Shown here: positions 23,761 through 36,490 of the stretch, one piece after another
How positions within the stretch are numbered: the first letter of the stretch is position 1
Layout: every line of letters begins with the position of its first letter
Assembly: GCA_950097015.1 (NCBI GenBank)
Contig: CATNEN010000026.1
Coordinates: forward strand, 1,178,001 to 1,242,000
Direction: 5' to 3'
DNA: 64,000 nucleotides
Origin: Macrostomum hystrix
Lineage: Eukaryota; Animalia; Platyhelminthes
The notes under the pieces: model-generated
Database searches by the model: none
The model's input: the letters and a program-made list of their open reading frames with translations, nothing else
Told to the model about the DNA's origin: nothing
Made by a program: the position numbers and the translations under genes

Positions 23761-24393
23761 ACATTACGAGCTTCAGCTTTAACGCACAGAATTTGCGCAG
23801 CTTAATCAAAGAAATATTTAGAACATTTTCTCTAAAGTTAATCAGGGCCTCCAGGGTGCAAGCCGCCAACTCAATGAAGCCCTACTTTGGTATCATCGCG
23901 ACTCAACATGTGAGAAAATTAGCTCGTACATTTAGCTGCGATTTGTATTACAGGCTAATTTCAATGATCTCCTAATTACTTGACTATTAAATGGGCGAAT
24001 TGCGCAGATTAGTTTAGATTCTTAAGCTATTCTGTTGGCATAGTACAAGTGGAAAATGTGCAGAGTTCATTGCTTTGCAAACAGATTCTGAGATGAATGT
24101 GAGAAAGAAGCTCATGTAGCGACATTCTTGCTCAAACATTGAGCGCTTGGCTGATGTGAGGTCGTGAGATCTTTCTTACCTAAACCAACTGAAGACCCTG
24201 ACTGCCAAGGGACGGGTCGCGCATGCCCTCAAAGCCACTTACTTTTGTGCAACTTAAACACAAACTGGAAACACGTGCCAATCACTATACATAAAATTGG
24301 ATCTACTGCTGACTGTGCAAGGCGAACAGTCCAACGACAAGTCAAGCGCAGATTCTCAGCCTCATCAAGAGACAGCTCAGACCCGACTCAAAC

Positions 24394-24642
24394 ATGAAGT
24401 GGCAGCTCGTTCTCGGACTCCTGCTGTGCGCCGCCCTGGCCGCCGCAATGCCCAGCCAGCAGATGTCGAGCGAGGAGGCGGAGACCTTGTCGGCGCTGGA
24501 GGCCCTGTCCAACATTGACGAGTCCGGCCTGACGGAGGAGTCAGCTGCGCACCTGAGCAAGAAGTTCCGCCTGATCCGCGCAGTCAGGACCGCCGCCACG
24601 ATCGCCAAGGTGGCTGGCATGGCTGCCATGGTGATGGGCTGA
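24394..24642 (+). CDS. Prepropeptide type B, copy B2 (82 aa)
   Basis: KK followed by FRLIRAVRTAATIAKVAGMAAMVMG. Box GGAAACACGTG at 24267-24277. Confidence 0.9.
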   Translation: MKWQLVLGLLLCAALAAAMPSQQMSSEEAETLSALEALSNIDESGLTEESAAHLSKKFRLIRAVRTAATIAKVAGMAAMVMG

Positions 24643-26027
24643 GTAAGTGATCAGCTATGACTCGGACTCCTGCTTCGTAATTGGACTCTAACCTGAATCT
24701 AACCTGAAAATCTTATTTATTATTTACTTTAGATAACTATTGAACACGAATTGGGGTGCAATTATACATTTACAGTTCAAAATACAACCCAGCTTTACTG
24801 CTCTGTTGCAGCCGATTGCGAATACACATTTTAGTCTTGAAGCCTGTTGTTTTAAAAGATGGCCAACATCATTGAAAGTGGCATAGCCGCTGGTTGCTTT
24901 TCTGGGTGTTAACTGGCCATAGACAGTTTCACAGGTGAGACAGGCTCCAAAAGGCAATCAGGGTCTCCCATAATCTAAAGATGTAAGGGTAACTAAGAGC
25001 TTCGTCAATTAATCAACCTGCTCTGATTTGCTGAATTGCGTTTTACTCTGCGGCTCGAAATTCTGCTGTTTGTAACATTTTTGCGGCTCTTGTCTACGGC
25101 TCTTCAGCTTATACTAAAGTTCATAGGACTCATAGAAACGAGAGATCAGGAGTTAGCCCAAGGAGTACCAGGACTGTGATAGATTGAGTACATTGAGTCC
25201 AATTCTTTTTAAGTACAGCATAAATATGTTAGCAGAACTGATTGGCTTTTCCCTAATAAATAAAGGGCAGGTGGAACTGGGACTGCCGCTCTTGATTGTC
25301 AGCATTTCGTGACGTCCCTCCATACGAGAAAATGAACTTTTATTAAACTAACTCACAAAGATTAGCTGGGGTAAAATGTAAGCGGATGGAGCGGCGCCCT
25401 AGTCCATGGACTGAACAGCTGTACATAGTCTTTGGATGCGCCAGATGTACCACTGGCTGTGATCAATCACATCTTGGCTGAATGTCATTCCTATGTCTAT
25501 CTTATTCTATCAAAAGCGAAGGTTAATGTTGTATTGTACTGCCTTTGGCAACGACTGTTTCATTTCGAACTGTACTTACACAGTACTCTCGTAAATCTAA
25601 ATGGTCTATGCGATTGATTGATATTTCATTGGCTCATAACAATTTTTTACTCTTAATCTGAACAATGATATACCAAATAATCGTTGTCTATAAGTTATTC
25701 GAAATTTCCAACGTTTTTAGCAGCGAAAATGACGACAAAAACGACGGACATATATGTTCTTAGTACAATAGTTATTTTGCGTAACCGACCGATACGAACG
25801 ATATTACTGAAACCAGTTCGCAGATGAAGGAAATGAAAACTAACACTCCAACAAAAACTGTTGCAGTTAGAAGAAGTTTGGACGTCTATATTTTAATTTT
25901 GTTGCTATTGGATATAATTTAACATTATGTGCGTGTTCACAGGTCTCTATGGCCAGAACATTATGGGAGGCTTAATGTAAAGTTCATTGTGTGTCGGTCA
26001 GTCTCAGGTCAGCGCTCAAATCGTCAG

Positions 26028-26261
26028 TTAGCGACCGGCGACGGCGCCAGCGACGTCCTTGACGTTCCTGATGATGCGGATGACCTTCCTGACGCGGATG
26101 CCCTTCTTGGCCAGGTGCACGGCTCCCTCGTCCGACAGACCCTCGATGTTGGACAGGGCCTCCAGGGCGGCCAGGGTGTCCGCCTCATCCGACTGCTGGC
26201 TGGGGCTGGCGGCGGCCAGGGCGGCGCACAGCAGGAGTCCGAGAGCGAGCTGCCACTTCAT
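26028..26261 (-). CDS. Prepropeptide type A, copy A3
   Basis: 77 aa consensus. Box at 26378-26388. Confidence 0.9.
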   Translation of the reverse strand: MKWQLALGLLLCAALAAASPSQQSDEADTLAALEALSNIEGLSDEGAVHLAKKGIRVRKVIRIIRNVKDVAGAVAGR

Positions 26262-29085
26262 GATTGAGTCGGATCTGAGCTGTCTCTTGATGAGGCTGAG
26301 AATCTGAGTTTGACTGTTAGTCGTTGAATTGTCCTCCTTGCACAGTCGAGGGCTCCGAATTTATAGCCGAGTTTTTGCACGTGTTTCCGATAAGTGATGA
26401 AGCTGCAGACTGACAGGCGACTTAAGCACTCATTGGGCTGAGCTTAACGGCCGATGGCCAACACAGTTTAACGTACTGCGGTGAATATTTAGCTAGTCCG
26501 AATTTACGCACACATTTAGTTCGGCTTTTACAATGCCGCAAGGGTACATTCTGTAAACTGAATTGTTTCCCGGTCTCTAGAGTTGGTTTTGTTTGCTCTG
26601 TCAAAAAATTTCCGGTTTCAGACACTGTCTAACAATTTGAGGCGTACTTTTAGACAGTAGGACTATTGCTCTATTAAAAATGAGCATTGATTCTTGAATT
26701 GAGACGGTAGAATAGGGGGTATTTTTAATACCCACTGTCTTCGTCACGATAGCTCAGAAACCGAATGAATGATTTCGTGAAAGTGCAACATGTGAATCTA
26801 AATTTTCCGCTCAATACGATGAACTAACTTTCAAAGCCGTCCGACTTCAACATCGTCAAGATATCCGGCCAGCGACTCTTGTCGAAGACCCTGGTGACCA
26901 GAACAAGTAACGAGTAATGATAGCCGACATGATTACATTAAAAAATGCCCAAATTGGTGGTTCTTGCTACCAGACACTCTGACTAGAATCGTTAAATATC
27001 TCGACGATGCCGATGTTTTGTGATTCTAGAAGTTGATTTATCGGATAGAGCGGAAAATTTTAGCCCGTGTTCTGGATTTTTATGGCGATCGGTTGAATAT
27101 ATTTGGAGATACAGAAAGAAGAAAAATATTGGTATTTGAAATACCCTATCCACATTGCACTGTACATGACAATGGGATTTTACCTTTTTAGATCATTGAA
27201 GTGACTGGTGCAATAGGCTGTAGGATGTTGGCATCAAAATTTATTCGCAAGCGACTCGCAAGTAGCTTTGAAGTCAGCTAAAAAAACGAAACTTTGTAGC
27301 GAAAGCTCGTACTGCTCTCAACGAAAGCACGTCTACTACATAACGTCTACTAAGATTCCCCGTAGCTTTGTCTCGATCGGCTCCTAACGGATTCTCTTGG
27401 CTGCCGAGCCCAGCGGGAGGCTCATCCTGCAGTGCTGCCTTTTGCCTGCATGGCGCTGGCTGACAAGGGCGGTTTGATGAAGCTCAGCCTCAGTCACCTG
27501 ATCGCAAGGCTTGCTTCCGTGGTAGCTTTTTCGTATCGTTCTCGCTGCTTCATCTTTGTCTTCACATTCATTGGCGTGGCAACTCGCAATAACGAATGCC
27601 GCGAGTGGTGACGGCTGGGGATTGTAATCCTGAGCATTGTCGCCCGGATTCATGTCGCCGGCGTTGTGCGGTTGTACCAACGCTCAAATAATTTTCTAGG
27701 TTTTGCTTAGTCCCTTGCCTTCGCTCCCACCGCGCTTTGGTCGTTTTCTCTAAAACGGACGACAAGGATTAGGGGGCTGGCTGAGAAAGAATCTGAAACT
27801 TTGCGCTATTGCTTGTTTGGTGAAGCCTAGCATAGAGAGTCGAGGCATTTTTAGGTGCCTCGAGGATGATGAGGTGGTCTCGTAGGAGCTTCAGACAGCC
27901 TTTAGTCACTGGCCATGCTCCTCGATGGCTCAAGATGAGAATTAATCATGCCATGCTCACCTCGTGCGATTTAGCACGAATTGCTGTGGTCGATAACATT
28001 AGTAGTTATAATGTTTGCAGGAGGGCTGTGGACACTGGCACATGCTTTGGTGACAGCCGACCCGCTGCCATCAAAAATGATCAGGAAATATTTTGACTTT
28101 CAGGCCGCGTCGAATTTTTGGAAGGCCATGACGCCTTTAAACTCTGAGAAGCTTGCTGATCCGGTCATGTCTTTCGTTACTTTCTCGAATGTGAGAATCG
28201 TTTGCCCCGTCGAAGTCACGAACTAGTTCACCTCGACTAGAACCTGTTTGATGCGGTGCGTTATCATCCTATAGCGCAACACCAACTTTGAGCACAAATT
28301 GGTAAGCCGGTAGATGCGCTCAGTAACGGCATTGGCAAGCAACTGCAACTCGTTTTGGAATTGCGGCTCAGAGACGTGAACTGCTACAGCTACTTTTCTA
28401 ATGGTTGTGTTTACCACACAATTTATTCAATCGAATAGAAGATACGAAAGCTTGTGTACCTTTTCGTTGTGATTTCATTTAGAATCATTTAGTATATCTT
28501 CAGGCCAGCAAATCTGCTGCATCACAAAGCTCACTGACTACATGGGGGTCGTACAATGAAGCGTTCGTAAGATAAGTTTGATCTTAGCTCCTATCTCAGC
28601 AGTCAATTTCAGTCCTTGAGTTCGAAGTTAGGGATACTCAAGCTTCACTCATGCGAGAATAATGGCTAGAGCAACAGTTGAACAGTGCTGCCAACGACAG
28701 TCATGCATAACCTTTGGAAAATTGATGGAATCGCTCAGAGTAGGAAGAGGTTAACTTGCGAAACCAGAATGTAACTTTTCGTGTCGATCAGAGGAATACA
28801 TGAATATGAATATTAATAAGGAGTCTCATTAGGTGAAATTACTTGCTTATTATTCAGTCAGTTCACTAACACGAGTATACGAATATGCTCGTATAATAAG
28901 CATAACTAAAAGATGCTCTTTATGAATAACAACTCTTGAAGAAATGTTTTAAACAGCATTTATTTACTTATTTATTTAACTCTTTATTCTCTTTTTTAGA
29001 GAAGCACTCATCTTGTAAATATTCCGAGAAAAGCGTAAAGTCCATTGTGTGTCGGTCAGTCTCAGGTCAGCACTCAGATCGTCAG

Positions 29086-29319
29086 TTAGCGACCGGCGAC
29101 GGCGCCAGCAACGTCCTTGACGTTCCTGATGATGCGGATGACCTTCCTGACGCGGATGCCCTTCTTGGCCAGGTGCACGGCTCCCTCGTCCGACAGACCC
29201 TCGATGTTGGACAGGGCCTCCAGGGCGGCCAGGGTGTCCGCCTCATCCGACTGCTGGCTGGGGCTGGCGGCGGCCAGGGCGGCGCACAGCAGGAGTCCGA
29301 GAGCGAGCTGCCACTTCAT
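29086..29319 (-). CDS. Prepropeptide type A, copy A4
   Basis: 77 aa consensus. Box at 29436-29446. Confidence 0.9.
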   Translation of the reverse strand: MKWQLALGLLLCAALAAASPSQQSDEADTLAALEALSNIEGLSDEGAVHLAKKGIRVRKVIRIIRNVKDVAGAVAGR

Positions 29320-31004
29320 GATTGAGTCGGATCTGAGCTGTCTCTTGATGAGGCTGAGAATCTGAGTTTGACTGTTAGTCGTTGAATTGTCCTCCTTGCA
29401 CAGTCGAGGGCTTCTAATTTATAGCCGAGTTTTTGCACGTGTTTCCAGGTCGTGTTCAGTCTGCAGACTGACAGGCGACTTAAGCACTCATTGGACTGAA
29501 CTTAAATGGCTAACTATTTAAATAGTTAATACTATAGTGCATATTAAGTGCATTCTAATCTACACAGACTTGGTCATTTTCACAAGCCTTTAATGGTACA
29601 TTCTGTAAACTGAATTGTTACCCAGTCTCTAGGTTGGTTTTGTTTGCTCTCACAAAAAATTCCGTCTTTAAACACTTTCATATTAGGCGTAATTTTGTAC
29701 TTTTGGACCTTTGGACTAAACTGTAGACTGTTTGACAGTTTGCACTCTACAACTTTTTAGACTGAGTATCCCTGAAATTCTTGAATGTTTACGACAGAAT
29801 CTATGGACTAATTTGGTAACGCTTTTCGACAATAGTTCGTGGTTAAAGCAAGGCACAGTAGAGGACAAATAGCATTGCTTATGTATAAACCACAGAGTAT
29901 TACATCTAAATGTAACATGCAAAGGCATAAACCACTTTGGCGAATCCGTATTGGTACAAAAAGGAAGACATTTAGAAGTTAATCAATCGAAAATAGTCAA
30001 CAATGATAGCCGACATGGATTCATGATGAAATTTTGTGAGCAGAAAGATTTTGTGATTCTGGAAGTTGTTTAATCGGATAGAGCAGAATTTTTTCCAGTG
30101 GATTTTCATGGCAGTTGGTTTAAACAGTTAGGGAGATACAGAAAAAAAGTAAAATGTGGGCATTTGAAATACCCCCATGGTCTTTCAACTGTTAGGTGCC
30201 GCTTCTATCGTTTCATTCGTCTAAAGCTAGAATTCTAAAAGTCGTCATCCAGGACTTAAAAGTGTTATTAATGTAGATACCACGTTATTTTATGAATAGA
30301 TCACTTCAGTGCCAGCACCTGTTCGCGTGGATCGGAAGTGGTCCAGGCTAATGCGAGTTGTCTGGCAAGGCCGTTGCACGAAGCAATGTCGATGTCGTTC
30401 TAATGTGGCCATCAGCTTCCACGTCTCAGCTAATGTACTTGAGTACGCTGTGCTTTGAAATAGAAGACAGCCAAAAATGACCAGTAGGCTGCCAAGGTGA
30501 CTCCAAAGGCCGCCTTGTATTATTTTCAACAAAGAACACCGAATTGCCAAGTGCAAGAAACCTGCAGCATCGTCTGACCAACTGTGCTGCTGCATGTGAG
30601 TTCATTTACCTTGTGAAATGTCATTAGTATTCCCAGCAGTCTCTATGGATCCCAAAACGTATAGACTAAGCGCGATAATCAGACATTTTTCTCTGCATAA
30701 CAACACAAATGTTTCCCCTGATGAGCATCGCAAGTGCCTCCCAAGCGATTCTGCTATAAAAACAATAAAAAACTGGCATTAAGCTCGTCTGACTATAAAG
30801 AAGATAGGTGAATAAATAGAATCCGACCCCGAAAAGATCTGGGTGAGACAATGCCCGCCTATCTGATGGCATATTTAAACAGTGACGAAGTCTTTTTACG
30901 ACGTAGAAAGACTTTTTAGTAACTTTTAGGTTTTTATCAAGTAGAGGCATCCAAAATGTTGAGAATTCAAAGCTAACTGCCAGACTGCAGACTGAACACG
31001 AACC

Positions 31005-31032
31005 GGAAACACGTGTTAAACTCGGCTATAAA
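31005..31032 (+). promoter_or_regulatory. GGAAACACGTG box + CTATAAA of A5
   Basis: The box lies 116 nt upstream of the ATG at 31131. Confidence 0.75.
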
Positions 31033-31130
31033 TTAGAAGCCCTCGACTGTGCAGGAAGGACAATTCAACTACTAACAGTCAAGCGCAGACTCTCAGCCTC
31101 ATCAAGAGACAGCTCAGACCCGACTCAATC

Positions 31131-31364
31131 ATGAAGTGGCAGCTCGCTCTCGGACTCCTGCTGTGCGCCGCCCTGGCCGCCGCCAGCCCCAGCCAGCAGT
31201 CGGATGAGGCGGACACCCTGGCCGCCCTGGAGGCCCTGTCCAACATCGAGGGTTTGTCGGACGAGGGAGCCGTGCACCTGGCCAAGAAGGGCATCCGCGT
31301 CAGGAAGGTCATCCGCATCATCAGGAACGTTAAGGACGTCGCTGGCGCCGTCGCCGGTCGCTAA
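31131..31364 (+). CDS. Prepropeptide type A, copy A5
   Basis: 77 aa consensus, with synonymous TTG and GTT variants. Confidence 0.9.
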   Translation: MKWQLALGLLLCAALAAASPSQQSDEADTLAALEALSNIEGLSDEGAVHLAKKGIRVRKVIRIIRNVKDVAGAVAGR

Positions 31365-33132
31365 CTGACGATCTGAGCGCTGACCTGAGACTGACCGACA
31401 CACAATGGACTCTACGCTTTTCTCGGAATATTTACAATATGAGTGCTTCTCTAAAGAGTAGTAAATAGATAAGCACAAATAATTCAACCATCACTGCTTT
31501 AGCAACATATATTTTCTCTAGATATTTATTTTTTTTAGACATTTTAATTTCTGTCCCAGAGATGTAATAAAGCGTCTCTATACTGAAGAAAAACGAATTA
31601 GCAAACTGAAAGTTGTATGCAGAGGTATCGGCAAATACGTACTATGAAGCAAATTTAACATAATATAAGGTCTTTAAAATATTAATGTCGATGTCTTCCT
31701 ATAATCGACTTGAAGAGTTACAGTTTGAAATCGCGACTTCATGTAGAATTACAAGTTACGAGTCATGTTGCATCAGTGGTTATGCATGACTGTTGTTAGC
31801 AACAGTTCGTTAAACTGTTGCTCTATTGACATTGTCAGCTAGTGAAAGTCGAGATGCAGCAGATTTGCTAAATGATAAAAAATGATAAAAAATGAAATCG
31901 CAACGAAAAGTACGCAGGCTCTCGTCTCTCTTATGAGTCGATGGATTAAAATGCAGGGCAATGGACGACTAACGACCAATACAAAAGTATGAGTGTACAC
32001 CTAATACAGACAATACAAACAGCAATGGGGCCGGCTCCGATCTAGGCATATTGCATTTGCTCCACAACATCCGGAAGATAAGCATTTCATACTGCGAGCC
32101 TCCATAACAAGCTGCCCAGGTTCCATAATTTCGGAATTATTTGGGAACCCAACATACTAGCTCGTATTCCCTGTCCGTAGGGAACGATACGACCACAGGT
32201 GCAAGCCATGCAATCAGGCGACTGAGGCTGAGCTTCATCAAATCGCCCTTGCCAGCCAGCGGCACGCAGGCAAAAAGGCAGCACTGCAGGATAAGCCTCC
32301 CGCTGGGCTCGGCAGCCAAGAGACTGCCGTTAGGAGCCGATCGAGACAAAGCTACGGGGAATCTTAGTAGATGTTATGCCCAGTGCTTTCGTTGAGAGCA
32401 GTACGAGCTTTCGCTACAAAGTTTCGTTTTTTTAGCTGACTTCAAAGCTACTTGCGAGTCGCTTGCGAATATATTTCTATCAGCCCCTTGGCAGCGCCAA
32501 ATTTAGATGCCATTTTCGATACCCTATCGTCTTTCGAACAAGCCAGTACAATGAAAAAAAGCATAGTTTCCCATGGTGCTATTAAAAACTCAATAACAAG
32601 CCTAGAAAATAAAGGCTCGTCATTCAGAGAACAAGCGTATCAAAAGCTGCTGGCGTGCCTAGGTTGAACAACGATCTACTTAAGGAGAACTAAAATAGTC
32701 CATCGATTCTGCCGTCTAAACTCAGTAACAGTTTATGCTCATTCTTAAGAGAGCAGTAGTCCGACTGGCTAAAAATTACGTCTGAAGACTGTTTGAAAAC
32801 GGAAATCTTTTGACAGAGCACACAAAACCAACTCGCGAGACTGGGTAACATATTTAGCACCCCACACAGGCTTGTAAAAGCTAAATTAATGACCAAGTCT
32901 GTGTAGTTAATGCACTACAGTATTAACTAGTTAAATAGTTAGCCATTAAAGTTCAGCCCAATGAGTGCTTAAGTCGCCTGTCAGTCTGCAGACTGAACAC
33001 GACCCGGAAACACGTGCAAAAACTCGGCTATAAATTTGGAGCCCTCGACTGTGCAAGAAGGACAATTCAACGACTAACAGTCAAACTCAGACTCTCAGCC
33101 TCATCAAGAGACAGCTCAGACCCGACTCAATC

Positions 33133-33366
33133 ATGAAGTGGCAGCTCGCTCTCGGACTCCTGCTGTGCGCCGCCCTGGCCGCCGCCAGCCCCAGCCAGCA
33201 GTCGGATGAGGCGGACACCCTGGCCGCCCTGGAGGCCCTGTCCAACATCGAGGGTCTGTCGGACGAGGGAGCCGTGCACCTGGCCAAGAAGGGCATCCGC
33301 GTCAGGAAGGTCATCCGCATCATCAGGAACGTCAAGGACGTTGCTGGCGCCGTCGCCGGTCGCTAA
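33133..33366 (+). CDS. Prepropeptide type A, copy A6
   Basis: 77 aa consensus. Box at 33006-33016. Confidence 0.9.
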   Translation: MKWQLALGLLLCAALAAASPSQQSDEADTLAALEALSNIEGLSDEGAVHLAKKGIRVRKVIRIIRNVKDVAGAVAGR

Positions 33367-33759
33367 CTGATATTTTTAGCTCCTGCCTGACACAGATCGA
33401 CACGAAATAGACTTGACACTATGCCTCCCGAAATTTACTCTCGAAATTCTCTCAGTCTGCTGCGCGTACAACCACCTAACTACTAACATATTTTTCCAGC
33501 CACTATTAATCTAGCAGTTGTCAGTAACTACCTGTGATAGAATTCGATATAATATTGGTGAAATCTTAATAGAAACCTAAATTAATAGAATAACGTGATG
33601 TTAGACACAATGAGCAAATAAAAAATATATATTTATTTTTTAACTATTTCATCTAAACATGGGAAGTAACATACGTACACAAAAGCTTTTTTTTTATTTT
33701 CTTATCTTTTTGCCTTAGAAACTGCGCAGGATGTCTGAAGTGAACAGAATTAGCGCCAG

Positions 33760-34330
33760 CGGGTCGTCAAGGTGGTGGAAGGTGTGCTGTGTGCTGTGTC
33801 CCGCTGTCTCGAAGCGGTCTTCGACGTCGGTGTTTAGGCCAGGCGGTGAAACCTGAAAGAAACCTGAAAGAAGCTGTCGACTTCCACGTTGCTGACGTTG
33901 AAATAGTCCCCGATCACCTGGGGAGTGGTTGCCGCGAATCTCTTGTCGAATCGCTTCCGCGTCGAGCCGACTCTCCTGCCTGGTCCCAGCGATCGTCTTG
34001 GTGACGCCTGCTAAACACCGTCAGCTTCAGCGGGCGTCGAAAAGGAGGCTGCTGCGTTAGGTTGTGGCACGAATGTCCCGGGTGCCTAGATGTGGTGAGG
34101 AATTTCATTGAGTGCAGGCTAGACCAGTATGATTCGGCCTGGATCGGCGCCCAGACCGGGGCGGCATTCTCCATCACAAATCGGGAAATCGGTCTGTAGG
34201 ATTCCGGCAGCGTCTCCTTGCTGCTTCCCCAGGAGGTAGCTAGGGCGCGAAGAACTTTGCAGTGTAAAGCTCAGTCCTTAGGTTTAAATACTTCGGGACA
34301 AGCGAGATTTATAGAACGGGCTCATTTCTG
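33760..34330 (-). mobile_element. Decayed non-LTR retrotransposon fragment (C-terminal RT region)
   Basis: The minus strand reads KVLRALATSWGSSKETLPESYRPISRFVMENAAPVWAP, resembling the LxxLAGTSWG..KETL..TY......LEYAAPVW segment that follows LINE RT domains. Reading frame is broken. Confidence 0.7.
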
Positions 34331-35471
34331 CGATGATGGACCGCTAGCCAGACACACAGCAGTCTTGAGTGCGTCTTGTGTGCGGGATAGCCAGCGAACT
34401 GACTCGGTTGTCTCTCACACAAAGGTCCCTGAGTTCGATTCCGTGGCGAGGCTATCGTTCATTTGGGGCGCAGCCGCGGAGTGAAGCCTTGGGAGATTTT
34501 TGTTCGATTCACGCCCTTGAAGGCGAACTTCTATGACACAGTGGACGTGTTCACTGCCAAACAATGAGGAATTTAGGGTGTGTGTACACACCTGTTTAAG
34601 CGTGTCTGCGTACGGTATCTGTGTGCATGTGTGCTGGCTACGAGGTGTGTCACCAAATGATGTGCAATCGCCCACAGGCCTTCTGAAATTTTCCCTATTA
34701 TTATCATAAACATGCCTAAAGCTTACTGCACAATACTCTTCTCGTCAGGAGTAAGTAAAAGCGCTCAACCAAAGATGAAAAAGCAGTCGAGCTTGTAAAA
34801 AAATAATCTAGATAGTCTTGCGATGAACGCTATGGCAATGGGTTAAGTCTGATACATCAATATGCTGACACCAAATAAATGCTCAGTCGTCAACTTCGCT
34901 GCTTCATAGCGTTCCACCGAGGGGGAATTTCCATGGATCAGACATGTGCGCTTATAAATATACACGTGTGCGATAATTTCATGCACATCAGGTAATAATA
35001 ATATTCATATCGGGTCAACTCCTGACACGAATGTCAGCCCTGACATTAGCATCAGCTGATCGAATGTTCAGATGTTTATTTGTTAAATCAGTGACAATTA
35101 TTTATCGTACTTCAGGACGTTCCGTGTTCTAATACTATACAAGAACGACCAAGAAAGTTGACAAAACTCATCTGGCCCAGTTCGGTAAGAAATAATTTCT
35201 CTTAAGTTTTGCTTCCCATAAGTTCTGGGACTTGTTGAGAAGCTTAGGCATTATGACTAGCAAAAGCATTAAAAATAATAACGAAAAGTAAATGCTGGGA
35301 AGAATTTTCGTACTGTTTTATTTGAATAAACTTCTGATGATAGAAACTCAGCCCGCACATGCACGCATAGTTCTTAGCATTGATAGCAACTTGCCAGAGG
35401 AGCATTAAGGGGAGTATAGAGGAAAGTCCATTGTGTGTCGGTCAGTCTCAAGTCAGCGCTCAGATCGTCAG

Positions 35472-35705
35472 TTAGCGACCGGCGACGGCGCCAGCGACGT
35501 CCTTAACGTTCCTGATGATGCGGATGACCTTCCTGACGCGGATGCCCTTCTTGGCCAGGTGCACGGCTCCCTCGTCCGACAGACCCTCGATGTTGGACAG
35601 GGCCTCCAGGGCGGCCAGGGTGTCCGCCTCATCCGACTGCTGGCTGGGGCTGGCGGCGGCCAGGGCGGCGCACAGCAGGAGTCCGAGAGCGAGCTGCCAC
35701 TTCAT
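35472..35705 (-). CDS. Prepropeptide type A, copy A7
   Basis: 77 aa consensus. Box at 35822-35832. Confidence 0.9.
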   Translation of the reverse strand: MKWQLALGLLLCAALAAASPSQQSDEADTLAALEALSNIEGLSDEGAVHLAKKGIRVRKVIRIIRNVKDVAGAVAGR

Positions 35706-36490
35706 GATTGAGTCGGGTCAGAGCTGTCTCTTGATGAGGCTGAGAGTCTGAGTTTGACTGTTAGTCGTTGAATTGTCCTCCTTGCACAGTCGAGGGCTTC
35801 TAATTTATAGCCGAGTTTTTGCACGTGTTTCCGATAAGTGATCAGTCTGCAGACTGACAGGTGACTCAAGTGCACATAGAATCTCTGGCGTAATTCAGAA
35901 AGTTTGTCTTGATTTTTCGAGAACAATCCCAGAGCGTCTAATATTGGACCGCTAATATTTAGTGTCCTAATTTATTTTTTTGGGGTTGCTCTTCCTTTGC
36001 TTAGCAAATATTTCTTTAATCATTTTGTTGAGTCGAGTTGCACTTTGGCTTGAGTTATGTTGGTCTTTGATTCCAAAAACGTAGGTCTAATTTTATGCCT
36101 CTCAAATATACTCGGGCATATGGACACTTCAATGATGTTTTGGTCACAATTATTAGTCCCATTTAAAAATTAATCAGGGCACTAGAGCGAATGAATCTGC
36201 AAGTACGCACTGCTTTGAATTTTATATTTTAGTCGGCCACTCAAAGTAGTTTTCTGGGTTTACTTTCTGATGAAAGCTTGAGACAACACAAAAAACTCGA
36301 GTTCTTGGCTGCTCTGCTGCTCTGTGTGATTAATTTCACCGAGTTGCGTGAAGCTTAAACAAAAACTGGAAACACGTGCCGAAAACTTGGCTATAAGTTT
36401 TGAGCCCCGATGGTGCAAGGAAGACAATCCAACCACCAAAGTCAAACGCAGACTCGCAGCTTCAGAGACAGCTCAGAACCTAACTCAAAC

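Noticed and set aside
23833-23850. CAGGGCCTCCAGGG matching the reverse complement of the ALEAL codons, as another peptide remnant
   Set aside because: Only ~14 nt match with no flanking homology, which is compatible with chance.
27860-28420. Stop-interrupted coding-like stretch on the minus strand (…KSKYFLIIFDGSG…), and another at 30290-30595
   Set aside because: It faintly recalls transposase motifs, but I cannot assign a family from the sequence alone.
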